Positions 51,506-63,772 of a DNA stretch of 64,000 nucleotides are shown piece by piece. The translations under genes were made by a program, and so were the position numbers. The stretch is from Eledone cirrhosa (taxonomy: Eukaryota). Below the pieces are notes generated by a model. That model was not told the DNA's origin. It ran no database searches and worked only from the letters and a program-made list of their open reading frames with translations. Location of the stretch: positions 16,802,001 through 16,866,000 of the forward strand of contig OZ024752.1 in NCBI GenBank assembly GCA_964016885.1. The letters are read 5' to 3'. Position 1 is the stretch's first letter. Every line of letters begins with the position of its first letter.

Positions 51506-52588
51506 GTAGAGGTTATATTTAATTTGTTGGGATACAACAAGCAAAATATTTTTATAACTGATATAAAGCACTCAACAAATTATTGGAGTAAATATACAAT
51601 ATATTAACAAATGGAAACTATATTTATAAAACCATATTTATTTCATTATACATATTTCAAGGGCGACCAAGGCAAACTATGGTGCGCTTTCATCAGATAA
51701 AATATAATATAGGTTAGTTTTATAAATAAATATTGACACACCCTTAAAAAATGCAACTATTCTGGTTGGAATCTCCTGGATAGTGGAGTTATTAGATTTA
51801 TTGTTGGTTTATTATGCAAATTAGTGTCGGAAAGGTTTAAATAACAGTATATTTAAATTAAGCTGTTGGAATAGAGAAAAAAGAAAGAAAGAGAAAAAAA
51901 CATGAGAATATTTAAGTGAGAGAGAATAGCGTAATTTTGAGAAAAGAGGCGAAGAAATAAATATAGGGTGGATGAATACCGTAACATGGATAAACAATAA
52001 TAAAGATAAGTTTAAGAATTTTATCTAATGTTTAATTAATAAATTTGGTTAAATGCTTAATTAATAATTTATCAATTCAATCCGTAGTTTAAATGTTTAA
52101 ATGTGTATGTTAGATTATTAAAGAGTTGAGACCTATATATTATTAAAGAATATATATTATTAAAATATATAATTAGAAAATATGTTATTATTACAAAACC
52201 ATATATAATTTTATTAATTATTAATTAATTATTTAAAAAAATTAATTATTAAAAAAAAATTGTAAGTTTAAAATATCCGAATATTTCTAAGCTCATAGAA
52301 TTTCCGAGAGTTTACAGAAGAATAATCCCTTATTTGTAATAGCAGTAGAGCGTAAAGGAAATTGCTAGCGATTTATTAATAATTTAGATAGCTCTAAGGA
52401 TTAAATGCTATAAAGTTAAGATGTTAAAAAATTAAATTTTCCATCATAATAATAATGTAATTATATATATATAGAAGTGGTTACACAACAGTTAGTTCAC
52501 CATACCGAGAACAATTGTTTCACCTTAGCCTCGTCCCATGAACTGAGTGCTCTACCACTACGGATATTACCTTCCAGTGTTCTACCAC

Positions 52589-52609
52589 TATATATATATA
52601 TATATATAC

Positions 52610-52682
<73 letters not shown>
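52589..52682. repeat. (TA)n microsatellite with a short CA interruption
   Basis: Read directly. Confidence 0.97.
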
Positions 52683-52685
<3 letters not shown>

Positions 52686-52972
52686 AGTTGACGGACCCAC
52701 CATATTTATCAATGCCAGGACCGGTTGTATCTCAGCGTACTCAATGGGCAATGTAAGATACATTCCCAGAGTATACACATAGTTATTCGCTTCAATACAA
52801 CACACGTAAAACGGGTCCCTATAATAGTTCTCGGATTCGAGTTTCGGCCGCACTAATGCAGCAGTAAGGTGCACTGCACCATCCGTCTGCATATATTATG
52901 CCCCCCCCCCACCACACACACATATATATATATATCAAAATGGCGAGCTATGTTGTTGCAATTAAGTATTTT

Positions 52973-53535
52973 TAAAAAATACAAGTTAAGGGCGAGAGAG
53001 AGGACTATCCGTCATCAGTTGTCTACTAGGAATCATAGGTATTTTTTCGCGTTAGAGACAATATACCTCAGCCTAGGGCGAGTCAATAACTAAAATAAGT
53101 TATTGGGATAAAATAACGGGGGGGGGGGGGGGGGTTCTCGCTTCCTCGCCCTTTCACTCACTCCTCTCTGCTAGTCATCCTCTCTCTGCGCTAGCTCACT
53201 TCCTCCATCGTCTGTACGCGGTCTCTTTTCTCGCTATCACTGCTACTGTCTAGGCGTGTCTTTTGTCTCTCGTCAAAATTCGCCCGTTTTTATGTTCGAA
53301 ATGAGTTATTAACTTCATATTTTTCCTAATTTTCTTCTCTTTACGTTGCTTCACCATTCGTGTCTGTTTACATGTTTTTCTCTTCCCCTCCCTCCTTTTA
53401 TCCCAATAACTTATTGTAGTTATTGACTCGCCCTAGGCTGAAGTATATTGTCCCTAACGCGAAGAAATATCTATGATTCCTAGTAGACAACTGATGACCG
53501 ATAGTCCTCTCTTTCGCCCGTAACTTGTATTTTTA
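52973..53535. mobile_element. MITE-like foldback element with ~140-bp inverted arms and a ~280-bp pyrimidine-rich non-coding core
   Basis: 52973-53113 (AAAAATACAAGTTAAGGGCG...TTATTGGGATAAAA) is the diverged reverse complement of 53396-53535 (TTTTATCCCAATAA...CGCCCGTAACTTGTATTTTT). The right end abuts (TA)n. The inverted repeat is seen; mobile origin is inference. Confidence 0.65.
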
Positions 53536-53664
53536 TTATATATATATATATATATATAAAATCGAGGTCTAGCAAATAGAGAAAAAGTTTCAAAATAAAT
53601 TCTAAAAAACGGTTGGATAATACTTCTTTCCCTATATGTATTTTTTACACGTAGGAATTCATAC

Positions 53665-53913
<249 letters not shown>

Positions 53914-54020
53914 GTTTGTAGTTGTAAGGCCAAGACAATGTAGGTATGGATATAGAATATAAATGCAAATGCAAAAGATATTGTTGACAATTAGTCTTTT
54001 ACCTTAAATTTATTTAAATA

Positions 54021-54057
54021 TCCTTAACTTTCGAGATAATATCTCTTCTTCGGAGGG
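54021..54057 (-). ncRNA. Minimal type I hammerhead ribozyme-like motif (probably decayed)
   Basis: Minus strand: CCT-CCGAAGA-A-GAGAT-ATT-ATCTC-GAAA-GTTA-AGG. This gives stem I CCT/AGG, a CUGANGA core with one U>C change, a perfect 5-bp stem II, GAAA, and a minimal stem III with UA. Minimal hammerheads in PLE pseudo-LTRs are established. Confidence 0.6.
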
Positions 54058-54382
54058 AAGTAAAGTGGTTAATCCAGTGTTCTAATTAACTTGCCAAGTC
54101 ATGCTGACAGGAAATGGTATAGAGATTCCATTCTATCTCTAATGTCAAAGAGTGAAGGTTAGGTGGATAAAGAGTAGTATCCCTTTAAAAGGGGTTTTGT
54201 ACATGTATGTTTAAGTGTGTAGGAGAATACGTGAAGGCGTAAGTATGCGCGCGCGCGTGTGTGTGTGTATGAATGTGAGAAGATATGTCTATACGTAAAA
54301 GTGGAGGCTAGATGCTCTATCATGTTAAAACTGGTCTTTGTGTGTGTATGTGTGTGTGTGAGAGAGAATAAGTGAAAGTGTA

Positions 54383-54386
<4 letters not shown>

Positions 54387-54433
<47 letters not shown>

Positions 54434-54458
54434 GCGTGTGTGTGTGTGCGTGTGTGTG
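54387..54458. repeat. (GT)n microsatellite
   Basis: Read directly. Confidence 0.95.
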
Positions 54459-54589
54459 AGAGGGAGTGTAAGTGTGGGGCTAGGTGATCTATCATGTTAT
54501 AAATTGGGTGTTGAGTTCTAGTCTATTATTGATTGGTGGTTGTGTTTTGTCTATAATCAGTGTGCTTCCTTAATTCTAAGATTGCCGAG

Positions 54590-56120
54590 GTTTCTCACCG
54601 CAAGGAAAACCATCCTGGAATTTAACAATGAATATTGGACAAGAGCTGATACTCCCAACAATTTTGACATCACCATGGGTTCGTCGGATTCAGCGCAATT
54701 GACTGATTTGGTTGGAATTTTCATCTTGAACTCTTTAAATCGGAAAATTCCTCAACTTCGCGGTGGAATATATCGTGATGATGCTCTTTTTACTGTCTTA
54801 AATTGTAACAAAGTAAACTTTAATATTATTAAGAAAAATATACTTGAACTATTTAAGCATCTTAACCTAAAAATAGAATTTGAGAATAATGATAAATTAG
54901 CAAATTTCCTCGATATATCCCTTAATCTAGATACCGGCCTATATTACCCATACCATAAGGATAATGAGAACCTAAATTATGTTAACTTTAAATCAAACCA
55001 CCCTAATACTGTTAAAACTGCTATAGTCAGAAGTGTTGAAAAAAGAATTTCTAATTTATCCTCTAATAAACATATCTTCGATGCAAATGCCAACTATTAT
55101 AATAATGCGTTATCTAGGGCTGGATATCCAGACAAAATTAAACACACTAAGGAAACTAATCTTGGCAGAACTTATAGTAATGTAGCTAGTTATAAGCATA
55201 CCAGTAACATAAAGAGGAGACCTAGATATAAAAATATCCTTTGGTACAACGCTCCCTTCTCTCTTTCACTTATTAGTAATATCCCTAAAATATATTTTAG
55301 GGCTTTAGATAACAGCTTCCTCCCTTCACATATTTATAGCAAGATTTTCAATAAGCATACCATTAAATTCTCATATTCCACTACTTCCAACATTTCGAAA
55401 ATTATCTCAAGACATAATTCTAAAATATTAAATAATAACTCATATGCATCCAACCATGTGAGTCATAATAATAACACTCTAAGGCCTAACGTCAATGTAA
55501 ACTCTAGGCAAAATAACTTAAATATAAATACGACGTCAAAACGTCAAATGTATCTTTGGTGAATGCTTCAAATAGTAATGTAAATCAGGAAACTTTAGCA
55601 CCTCCTTTAGCTAATTCCACCACTCCAGTTCCTATTATAAATAATCCTGGGCCACTGGTAAATAACTCTGTTAATAATCTTAATCGTAAATGCAACTGCC
55701 CTATTAGAACTAATTGTCCTGTTAGTAATTTCTGTCTCGATAAAAACTTAATTTACGAATGTAAAGTGGTAACTGGTACTAATACATATACCTACATTGG
55801 CTCTACTTCTACTTCTTTTAAATCAAGACTCTATAACCATTCTTCTACATTTAAATATCCACTTAAAAGGACAAGCACCGCACTCTCAGAACTTATTTGG
55901 TCCTTAAAAGACAAAAAACATTAATTACGAAATCTTTTGGCGTAAAATTTGCAACGCTTCACCTTATTCCAATGCTTCTATTTCTAGGGTTTGTAATTTA
56001 TGTCTAGCTGAAAAATGTACCATTATCTCGAATTTCAACTCTTTAATAAATAGACGTACGGACTTATGTGGTCTCTGCATTCATAAATCTTTTAAGACCT
56101 TTCACAAAGTATACAGCTAA
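54590..56120 (+). pseudogene. 5'-truncated Penelope-like retroelement, Naiad-type: reverse transcriptase plus C-terminal GIY-YIG endonuclease, two frameshifts
   Basis: RT motifs FDITMGSSDSAQLTDLVG, GIYRDDAL, NFLDI, YVNFKSNHP, ILWYNAPFS. Then an Asn-rich linker, KCNCPIRTNCPVSNFC, LIY..YIGSTSTSFKSRLYNH. After a frameshift near 55,915 the manual translation continues NYEIFWRKICNASPY...CNLCLAEK...LINRRTDLCGLCIHKSFKTFHKVYS* with the stop ending at 56,120. Clade call is from motif recall, not a tree. Confidence 0.9.
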
Positions 56121-56379
56121 TGTCCTATTACGTATTCTACGACTAACGGTTAATTTTTTACACATATATCTTTTCACACATTTTTTCTCACATATTTCAT
56201 TATATTCTACAATGTATTAATCCCATTTTCTCTGCATTATTAAGCTTTTCACCTTCTTTCTCTATTGACGTAAATTATTTTCGTTCAAACCTTCGTAGAT
56301 TTTGTAAACAATCTATGACGTCATATATCTTTCTACATTTATAAACCTTTCTAGCAATTTCCTTTATTTACTTGTTGAT

Positions 56380-57598
56380 ATAAAATAATTATTTTACTTT
56401 CAATGATTCAACATACTGACAAATCTTAGGTACTGCAATGGACACAAAGGTAGCCCCACATACGCCAACTTAGTCATGGCATTCCACAAATAACAAATCT
56501 ACAACTAAATCCCTTCTATTATTTGGAGACACATTCAAAAATAATTGGAAGAGATACCTAGACGATTGCTTTATACTATGGCACGAAGACATGATTAAAC
56601 TCACTGTTTTCAAAAATATGATAAACAACATTAACAATAACATACAGTTCACAATGGAACACAACTCCAAGGAATTAGCCTTCTTGGATATCCTCATTTT
56701 AAAAAGAGATGGGAAAATAAAAACAGACACCTTTTATAAACCAACGTACTCCGAACAGTACCTCCTCTTCACATCAAATCACCCAAAATATACAATACTT
56801 AACATTCTTTTAAAATTAGCCAAAGGTTTATGCACCATAGTATCAGACCCAACTAAACGGAACAAAGACTAAATGAACTAAAAAAAACACACCTTAAGAG
56901 CCTTTCCACTTGACATAATTAATAACGGAATAGACAAAGCAAAACACGCAAATTTTCATCAACCCAAAGCACAGAACCACAAACAATACCTTACCATATG
57001 TATCCACGTTCAACCCCAGAAACACCGAAATGCTAGACCTCATACACAAAAACCTCCCCATTCTATTTAAAGATGAAAAAATGAAATAATCCTAGAAACA
57101 AAATCACTAAAAATCATTTTCAACCAAAATCACTAAAACACATTCTCACTGGAACAAATATACACAAACCAGTCTCCAGCCTTACGGTAACAAAATGCGG
57201 AAGAACAAACTGTGAACATGCCTATACTTAATTAGACAAAAATTCACATTTAAAGATGGCCAAACGTTTACAGTGAAAAACAACTTCACTTGCAACTCAG
57301 AGAATTTGATCTACGTAATCACATGCGAGGGCTGCCGACATAACTATACAGGACAGACGGGTGTGTAATTACGCAAAAGAATGACCATCCATCGCCAACA
57401 AATCCGAGACGTAAACACGAGAAAAATCCCCTTAATACATAATCCCCTTAATAAATTCCTGCAGATTGTGCAGGAATGACTCTACCCAACTTTAAAATCT
57501 CCCCCCTTTACAAGTGCTCAGATTCTTTCACTCAACAACAAGGAATAAATAAAGAAAAACTATTTATTAACAGATTTAAACCAAAATTAAATATGTAA
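56380..57598 (+). pseudogene. Decayed Penelope-like retroelement, Neptune-type: RT C-terminal half, Cys linker, GIY-YIG endonuclease
   Basis: Across frameshifts and stops: NYFTFNDSTY*QILGTAMDTKVAP, YANLVM, WKRYLDDCFILW, FTMEHNSKELAFLDI, TDTFYKPT..YLLFTSNHP, KCGRTNC, FTCNSENLIYVITCEGCRHNYTGQTG, RMTIHRQQIR, KEKLFINRFKPKLNM* with the stop ending at 57,598. Confidence 0.88.
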
Positions 57599-57610
57599 TC
57601 ACCCCCATTA

Positions 57611-57731
<121 letters not shown>

Positions 57732-57732
57732 C

Positions 57733-57900
57733 ACGAAATAAAGAGAATATTCTATATTATTATTTTTAAGTGACCAAATTAATTCAGATAAAGCAGTACT
57801 AAATCTCTTGTCTTCTCTTTTGAACATGTCTTATTCCAGGTCTATCAGCTCTAGTCCATTAAAATCAATAAGAGTCTTTCTAGCAGTAAGGATAAAGAAA
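57733..57900 (-). pseudogene. Internally deleted Naiad-type PLE relic: short RT piece fused to short endonuclease piece
   Basis: The minus strand gives ILTARKTLIDFN..WTRADRP, homologous to LTARKTILEFNNEYWTRADTP near 54,595. It is joined directly to FKREDKRFSTALSELIWSLKNNNIEYSLYF, homologous to FKYPLKRTSTALSELIWSLKDK near 55,850. Confidence 0.8.
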
Positions 57901-58927
57901 GGTGGCATAATCACCGCCACAGGTTTTTTAAATCTAGATTATACGACAAAATAAGTTAACTAATTTTTTCCTCCGTTATTTTTCTCTGTTATAATCTTCC
58001 TTCGTTACAATTTTTCAGCTACTTTAACTTTAGGTTGTATCTAAATAAAGTAAATTTAATATAAATTGATAAATTTGGCTACAATGCATACATTTTTCTT
58101 TCTAAATATTTACACAAAGTTTTAATAGTCCCTGCTTTACATATATTAACTACTTAAATAAGATTGTTGAATTGATAAATTTGACATAGATAATTACTTC
58201 CCTTCTTTTGAAATAAATAATTTATCTCATAACCTTCTCAACTACATATTTAAAAAAAAAACCCATAACAATTATTAAATACTTTTCCACTCATATAATT
58301 TCAAAATATAATTATAAATAAACAAAGATAATTTACCTACAAATTTTGTAATCCAAATTCTTTCCCCCTTATTATTATATTTTCATAATACTTTAATTTC
58401 CTAGAATATTTTTTCATTTTTTTCCTTTCATATAATATAAACTTTTAATTTAATACGTACTTTAATTGAATATAAGCAGAATATAGACTGAATAACGGTC
58501 AATTTTTGTTTTGTGATTTCACCAATCTAATTACGCTATATTTTAAATAATTTATTAGACATTTAAACCAACTATAATGTATTCTCCCAGTTACGTAACC
58601 CCCTATGTGTTGAGTTTTTTCTAGTCATATGCTGAGTGGTCACTGATCTGTCCAGCTCTGTGTCTACCAGTATATCATGAAAACATTATACATCAAGTAT
58701 GTATTTTGTCTGAAGAGGACATGTTTTGGTTTATGTTATACATAAAACTTTACATCTTTGAAATTATAATATAATAAAGTAAGGAGTGCGGGACTGTGTC
58801 CCGAATATATTTTTTTATCCCGTTAGTAAAATAAATTGGATTACTTTGAATAAATAATGAATGAATATTACATAATTTATCTACTAAATTTCGTAGTTGT
58901 TGATTAAACATATATATTCTTATATAT

Positions 58928-59025
58928 AATTGTTTCTACTTTTGGCACAAGGCCATCAATTACCCAGTACATTACTGGTACTTTATATTATCGACCCCGT
59001 ATGAATGAAAGACAAAGTTAACCTC
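58928..59025 (-). repeat. SINE-like interspersed repeat, 3' part
   Basis: Diverged reverse complement of 59577-59674 (GAGGTTAACTTTG.CTTTCAT....GGGGTCGATAA...AAGTACCAGTAAT...GGCCTT.TGCCAA.AGTAGAAACAATT). Confidence 0.7.
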
Positions 59026-59484
59026 TTTTAAAATTTTTAAATGTTAATACTTCCGGTTATGATATAAGGGACGCTATATCACATATCGCTTATATAAACA
59101 TTCATATATTTGCATCATAACGTTTATATTTCTGTCGCTAATTTTCTCCTTTTTCGTTTTCAATACATTTCACCGTAATGCAGTTTATGTATAATATCGT
59201 CTTTTTAAAATGTATCATGGATTACTTTACTGATTACAGAAGAGAGTGTAACACAGCCTCTCTTCAATGTCTGTGTATATTGTCAATTACGATTTTATTT
59301 GATGTATCATATCTACATGTATGCATATATGCAATATGTTCATATAATATTAATATGCATACTACACATGCTAGCAGAAAACCACCCGACGAGAGATTTT
59401 TCTGTTAGTATATATAATGAAATAGAGATGATAGAAAGTATATATCTTTCGTTTATTACTGTTATTATTATAATAATACACAAA

Positions 59485-59674
59485 GGGCGGTCGATTGCCA
59501 GTATAGGTAGAGGGTCGGACGCCATGCTTTGCAGCATAGAGTTACGGCCCTTTATGGTCTGAGCTCAAATCGCGCTGAGGTTAACTTTGCCTTTCATCCT
59601 TTGGGGTCGATAAAATGAAGTACCAGTAATACACTGAGATAATTGGTGGCCTTATGCCAATAGTAGAAACAATT
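59485..59674 (+). repeat. SINE-like interspersed repeat, near full length
   Basis: GC-rich head with degenerate A-box and B-box-like segments (GAGCTCAAATC), then the core GCCTTTCATCCTTTGGGGTCGATAAAATGAAGTACCAG and an (ATT)-like tail. Copies occur at 58.9 kb and at the window end. It resembles an abundant octopus SINE from memory only. Confidence 0.7.
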
Positions 59675-59854
59675 ATTATAATAATACACCGGATAAATGC
59701 ATACCGTTGAGTGCTTGGCAGTGTTACATATAAATTCAGTTGATTTGAAATCAACTGATGCTTTGTCATTGATTAATATATATATATATTAATCAATGAA
59801 AAAAGAGATAGTTTCTTTTCACCCACCCTATATATAAATATGTATATAAATATT

Positions 59855-59893
<39 letters not shown>

Positions 59894-60023
59894 TTATATA
59901 CATATTTATATATAGTGTAGGTGAAAGGAAACGCCCTATTTACACACACACTCACATGCCATGCATACACATATATGTGTGTGTGTGGAGTGTGTGTGGT
60001 GTGTGTGTAAATAGGGGGTTTCT

Positions 60024-60245
<222 letters not shown>

Positions 60246-60584
60246 ACACATGCTTACGCACGTGCTTAAGTATAGCTCTTTTTACAAAACGTTTTTTTTT
60301 CTCATTTCAGCTAGACGCGCTCCATCATCCACTTTTCTAAAAAAACAAATCATACACAAAACGCCAGCACCAACAGTTTTGAAAGAGATGTCAACATGAA
60401 TGAACTTGTTATTTTTATCTAAAGACATTTTTTCTAATTCCATCCCGCCCGTCCCCTCAATCTATTTCATTTCTCATTCTTTCTGCCGAAACGTTAAGAC
60501 CCTCTTCCTGCTATATCAAGCGTTAACCTAATATATACATTCCATATACTGTACCGATTGTGTTGTTATTTCTGTTTACCTTTT

Positions 60585-60621
<37 letters not shown>

Positions 60622-61226
60622 CATATTTATATACAATGTAGGTGAAAGGAAACGCTCTATTTACACACACACACGCACATATGTGTATGCATGTGTGTGT
60701 GTAAATAGGTCGTTTTCTTTCTTTCACAAAAGAAACGACCCATTTACACACACACATGCATACACATGTATGTGTGTGTGTGTAAATAGGGCGTTTAATA
60801 GGACGTATATGCATTTTTATATATACCTTAAGAATGTGAAAATAATTATATTTTTTTTAAGTGAAGATGTATAATATTATGCATAATATATTGTATAAGG
60901 TTAGTTACATAAGTTTAAACATTTATGTAAAATTTGAATGTCTCGTATATGTGAATTGTAAACAAACTTTATCAAGGGAAAGATAACACTAGTGTTTAGT
61001 AATTTAAGGACTGTATATTATTTAAAGATATATTGCTTTATTTAATGTTTAACCTAATTAATTATAATTTATATTATAATATAAGTAAAAATTTCTATAA
61101 GGTTTCAGAGCACCATATAGTAAATATGGTTTTGATAATAATAAATAGATAAATAATTCTATGTATACATTTTGATAATAATAAGTATTTCTATGTATAA
61201 AGCTGATAATAATAAATATTTCTATG

Positions 61227-62220
61227 GGCATAGGTTAAGTTTAACGTTCGAGAAAATGAAAGTAGATTTTCTGACAAGTGAATGTGTTTTTTTTTTTTTT
61301 TTACAGTGAAAGTTACGATACACTGTTTGTTTATTTACAACAGGTCTCTATAGTGATATGGTGTTAATTAGTATTGCGTGTGTGATTATTTTTTCTTTTT
61401 CTTTTTTTGTGTATTGTGTGTACGGAAAATGACATTGTGTGTTGAAAGAAATAAATTTTTTAAAAATAACTACATAGTTAGACGTTTGTTGCATATAACA
61501 TATAAATTGACGTACCTTATCAACATCCTTATTAGACCATATAAATAGCTGAAATACAGTTGATCATCTCGCCAAACTTGTTGGCACCAACTCTCTGCCG
61601 CCAAAGAAATTCAGCTAAATATGAGGGGAATAAATCGTCGCTTGTCCCATGTTGTCGACGAAGCTTTTTCTTCGCACGGCTCCAAGTGTTCTCTATGAGT
61701 TGTGTGCGCACATTAGGGTCTTCAGGATCGACAAAGTTCCGTTGGTGCACAACAACATCATGGAGGTAAATGCCACCTTGAATTTCTTCAATATCAGAAT
61801 AGGAAGCCCAACCATCGGACATGATGTGGCTTCCTGGCAAAATCCATTCCTGTATGATGGGGACAAGAGTCTCACGGCTTCGATCTGGGACTTCGATGAG
61901 GCAGCAGCGTCCAGAATAAGGATGTTGATAAGGTACGTCAATTTATATGTTATATGCAACAAACGTCTAACTATGTAGTTATTTAAAAAAAATTTCTTTC
62001 TTTCAACACACAATGTCATTTTCCGTACACAGAATACACAAAAAAAGAAAAAGAAAAAATAATCACACACGCAATACTAATTAACACCATATCACTATAG
62101 AGACCTGCTGTAAATAAACAAACAGTGTATCGTAACTTTCATTGTAAAAAAAAAAACAAACACATTCACTTGTCAGAAAATCTACTTTCATTTTCTCGAA
62201 CGTTAAACTTATCCTATGCC
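61227..62220 (-). mobile_element. Non-autonomous Merlin (IS1595/ISXO2-like) DNA transposon, 994 bp
   Basis: Inverted arms 61227-61533 and 61915-62220 begin GG and end CC. The 8-bp direct repeat TTTCTATG flanks both ends (61219-61226, 62221-62228). It contains a transposase fragment. GG termini and 8-9-bp TSDs are established for Merlin. Confidence 0.93.
61532..61912 (-). pseudogene. C-terminal half of a Merlin/ISXO2-like DDE transposase, frame open but N-terminus missing
   Basis: GRCCLIEVPDRSRETLVPIIQEWILPGSHIMSDGWASY...HDVVVHQRNFVDP...TQLIENTWSRAK...YLAEFLWR*. It retains the second D and the E of the catalytic triad motifs; the first D is absent. Confidence 0.9.
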
Positions 62221-62307
62221 TTTCTATGTATAAATTTAAGAACTTTTAAGACAACCAAATATATATATTGTGCATAGGCAACTTATACAGACCATGTGTA
62301 GTATTTT

Positions 62308-62740
62308 CTATAAATTGTAAATATTGTGAAATGTTCTGGAGAATCGATGCAAACAAGAATTAAATATTTCCTTTTTTTTTGTTATCAGGATTGGTAATTA
62401 TATGAAAGATTTCTTCAATACAGAGATGACACATTCTTGAGAGAACCATGTTTTGGTAAACTGCCGCATTCGATATCCTTCGCCAAGAGATTGAATAGTC
62501 AGTGTTACTGTCTTTTAAAGACCAAATTAATTGTGATAGTGAGGTTGAGAATATTTTGTCCGCTTGTTTGAAAGTATGTTTATGATTATACCATTGGTCC
62601 TTAAATTTTGTAGAAGTAGCTCCTATATAATATATAATCTATCTCTAGTTTTTATGGTGCATTTGTATACTAAATTTCTATCAAGGCAATTATTCTGTAA
62701 AGGGCATAATATTTTATTTCTGCAATTACATTTTCTAATA
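62308..62740 (-). pseudogene. Naiad-type PLE GIY-YIG endonuclease relic, not shown in the ORF track
   Basis: Manual minus-strand translation: NNNIRKCNCRNKILCPLQNNCLDRNLVYKCTIKTRD..(frameshift)YIGATSTKFKDQWYNHKHTFKQADKIFSTSLSQLIWSLKDSNTDYSISWRRISNAAVYQNMVLSRMCHLCIEEIFHII..(frameshift)EIFNSCLHRFSRTFHNIYNL*. It is colinear with 55,685-56,120, and an Asn-rich linker continues upstream. Confidence 0.88.
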
Positions 62741-63601
62741 TTGTTATTAAGAGATACGGTATTATTATTTATGCATTCGCTATTATTATACGTAATGTTA
62801 TTAGTTATATTGTTATTGCTATTTGAGTTTATTTGGGTTGAGTTTAATTTTAAATTCCTATTATTAATTCTAGTAACATTTAATACATTACTTTATAATT
62901 TTCACCAAAATATTATAAATACTTCCATATTCTTAAAATATATTATAAAATTAAATAAATAAATAAATATAATTATATCATTCTTTCTATACCCATGTAA
63001 ATATGTTTGGATGTATATGTGCATATTTCTATAAATAATCCTAAATTAACTTTACAATATTTTTTCAAATTTAATAGCAAACCCTTTTTAAAAAAATAAT
63101 TTAGATAAATATTTAAAATCTATCTAGCGTCTAAACTTAACGGATCTTTTCAGTTTTAATGTTATTCTCATTAGCATATTTCCCCTGAGTTTTGAAAAGT
63201 TATATTCACTATCTTCACTGAACTTATAACATGAAGTTCACATGAAGATATGTCACTATCTTAACACCAATTATTGTATTTTATCTGACGAAAGCGTACT
63301 AAAATATTAGTACCCTTGAAATACGTATAATAAAATAAATATGATTTTATAAAGATATTTTCCATTTATTAATATTATTGATATATATATATGTGTGTGT
63401 GTGTATACATATTTATATACAGTGTAGGGGAAAAGAAACGCCCTATTTACACACACACCACACACACACACCACACACATATATGTGTATGCATGGCATG
63501 TGTGTGTGTGTGTAAATAGGTCGTTTCTTTTGTGAAAAAAAACTACCTGTTTACACACACACACATGCATACACATGTATATGTGTGTGTGTGGTGTGTG
63601 T

Positions 63602-63720
63602 ACACTTTATTTCACGTTGCTCCTTCTACCTGGAGTTGCGACCGATAGATAGTATTAGCAATTGGAAAGACCAACGGAAACATTGTTCCCTCGGTCCGAT
63701 TCGACGAAAGTCGATCGTTC

Positions 63721-63724
<4 letters not shown>
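63602..63724 (+). repeat. Probable SINE fragment ending in (TA)n
   Basis: Starts ACACTTTATTTCACGTTGCTCC, a motif I recall from cephalopod SINEs. It is GC-richer than its flanks and bounded by microsatellites. There is no second copy in the window. Confidence 0.35.

Positions 63725-63772
<48 letters not shown>

Noticed and set aside
52545-52590. tRNA gene (minus-strand TAGTGGTAGAGCAC, present twice)
   Set aside because: Only a D-arm-like word is present; there is no T-arm or B-box and no cloverleaf.
55560-55562. In-frame UGA as selenocysteine, as reported for some Naiad elements
   Set aside because: Read-through meets TAA within a few codons and homology continues in another frame, so this is a frameshift. 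The conserved Cys positions use normal Cys codons.
60486-60498. CCGAAACGTTAA as a hammerhead 3' half
   Set aside because: No CUGANGA core or stem II upstream.
61560-62070. Overlapping ORFs 61560-61769, 61649-61978 and 61693-62070
   Set aside because: Alternative frames of the Merlin fragment and its inverted arm, with no recognisable motifs.
62564-62962. 132-aa hydrophobic plus-strand ORF as a membrane protein
   Set aside because: It is the antisense shadow of the Asn-rich linker and endonuclease of the minus-strand Naiad relic.
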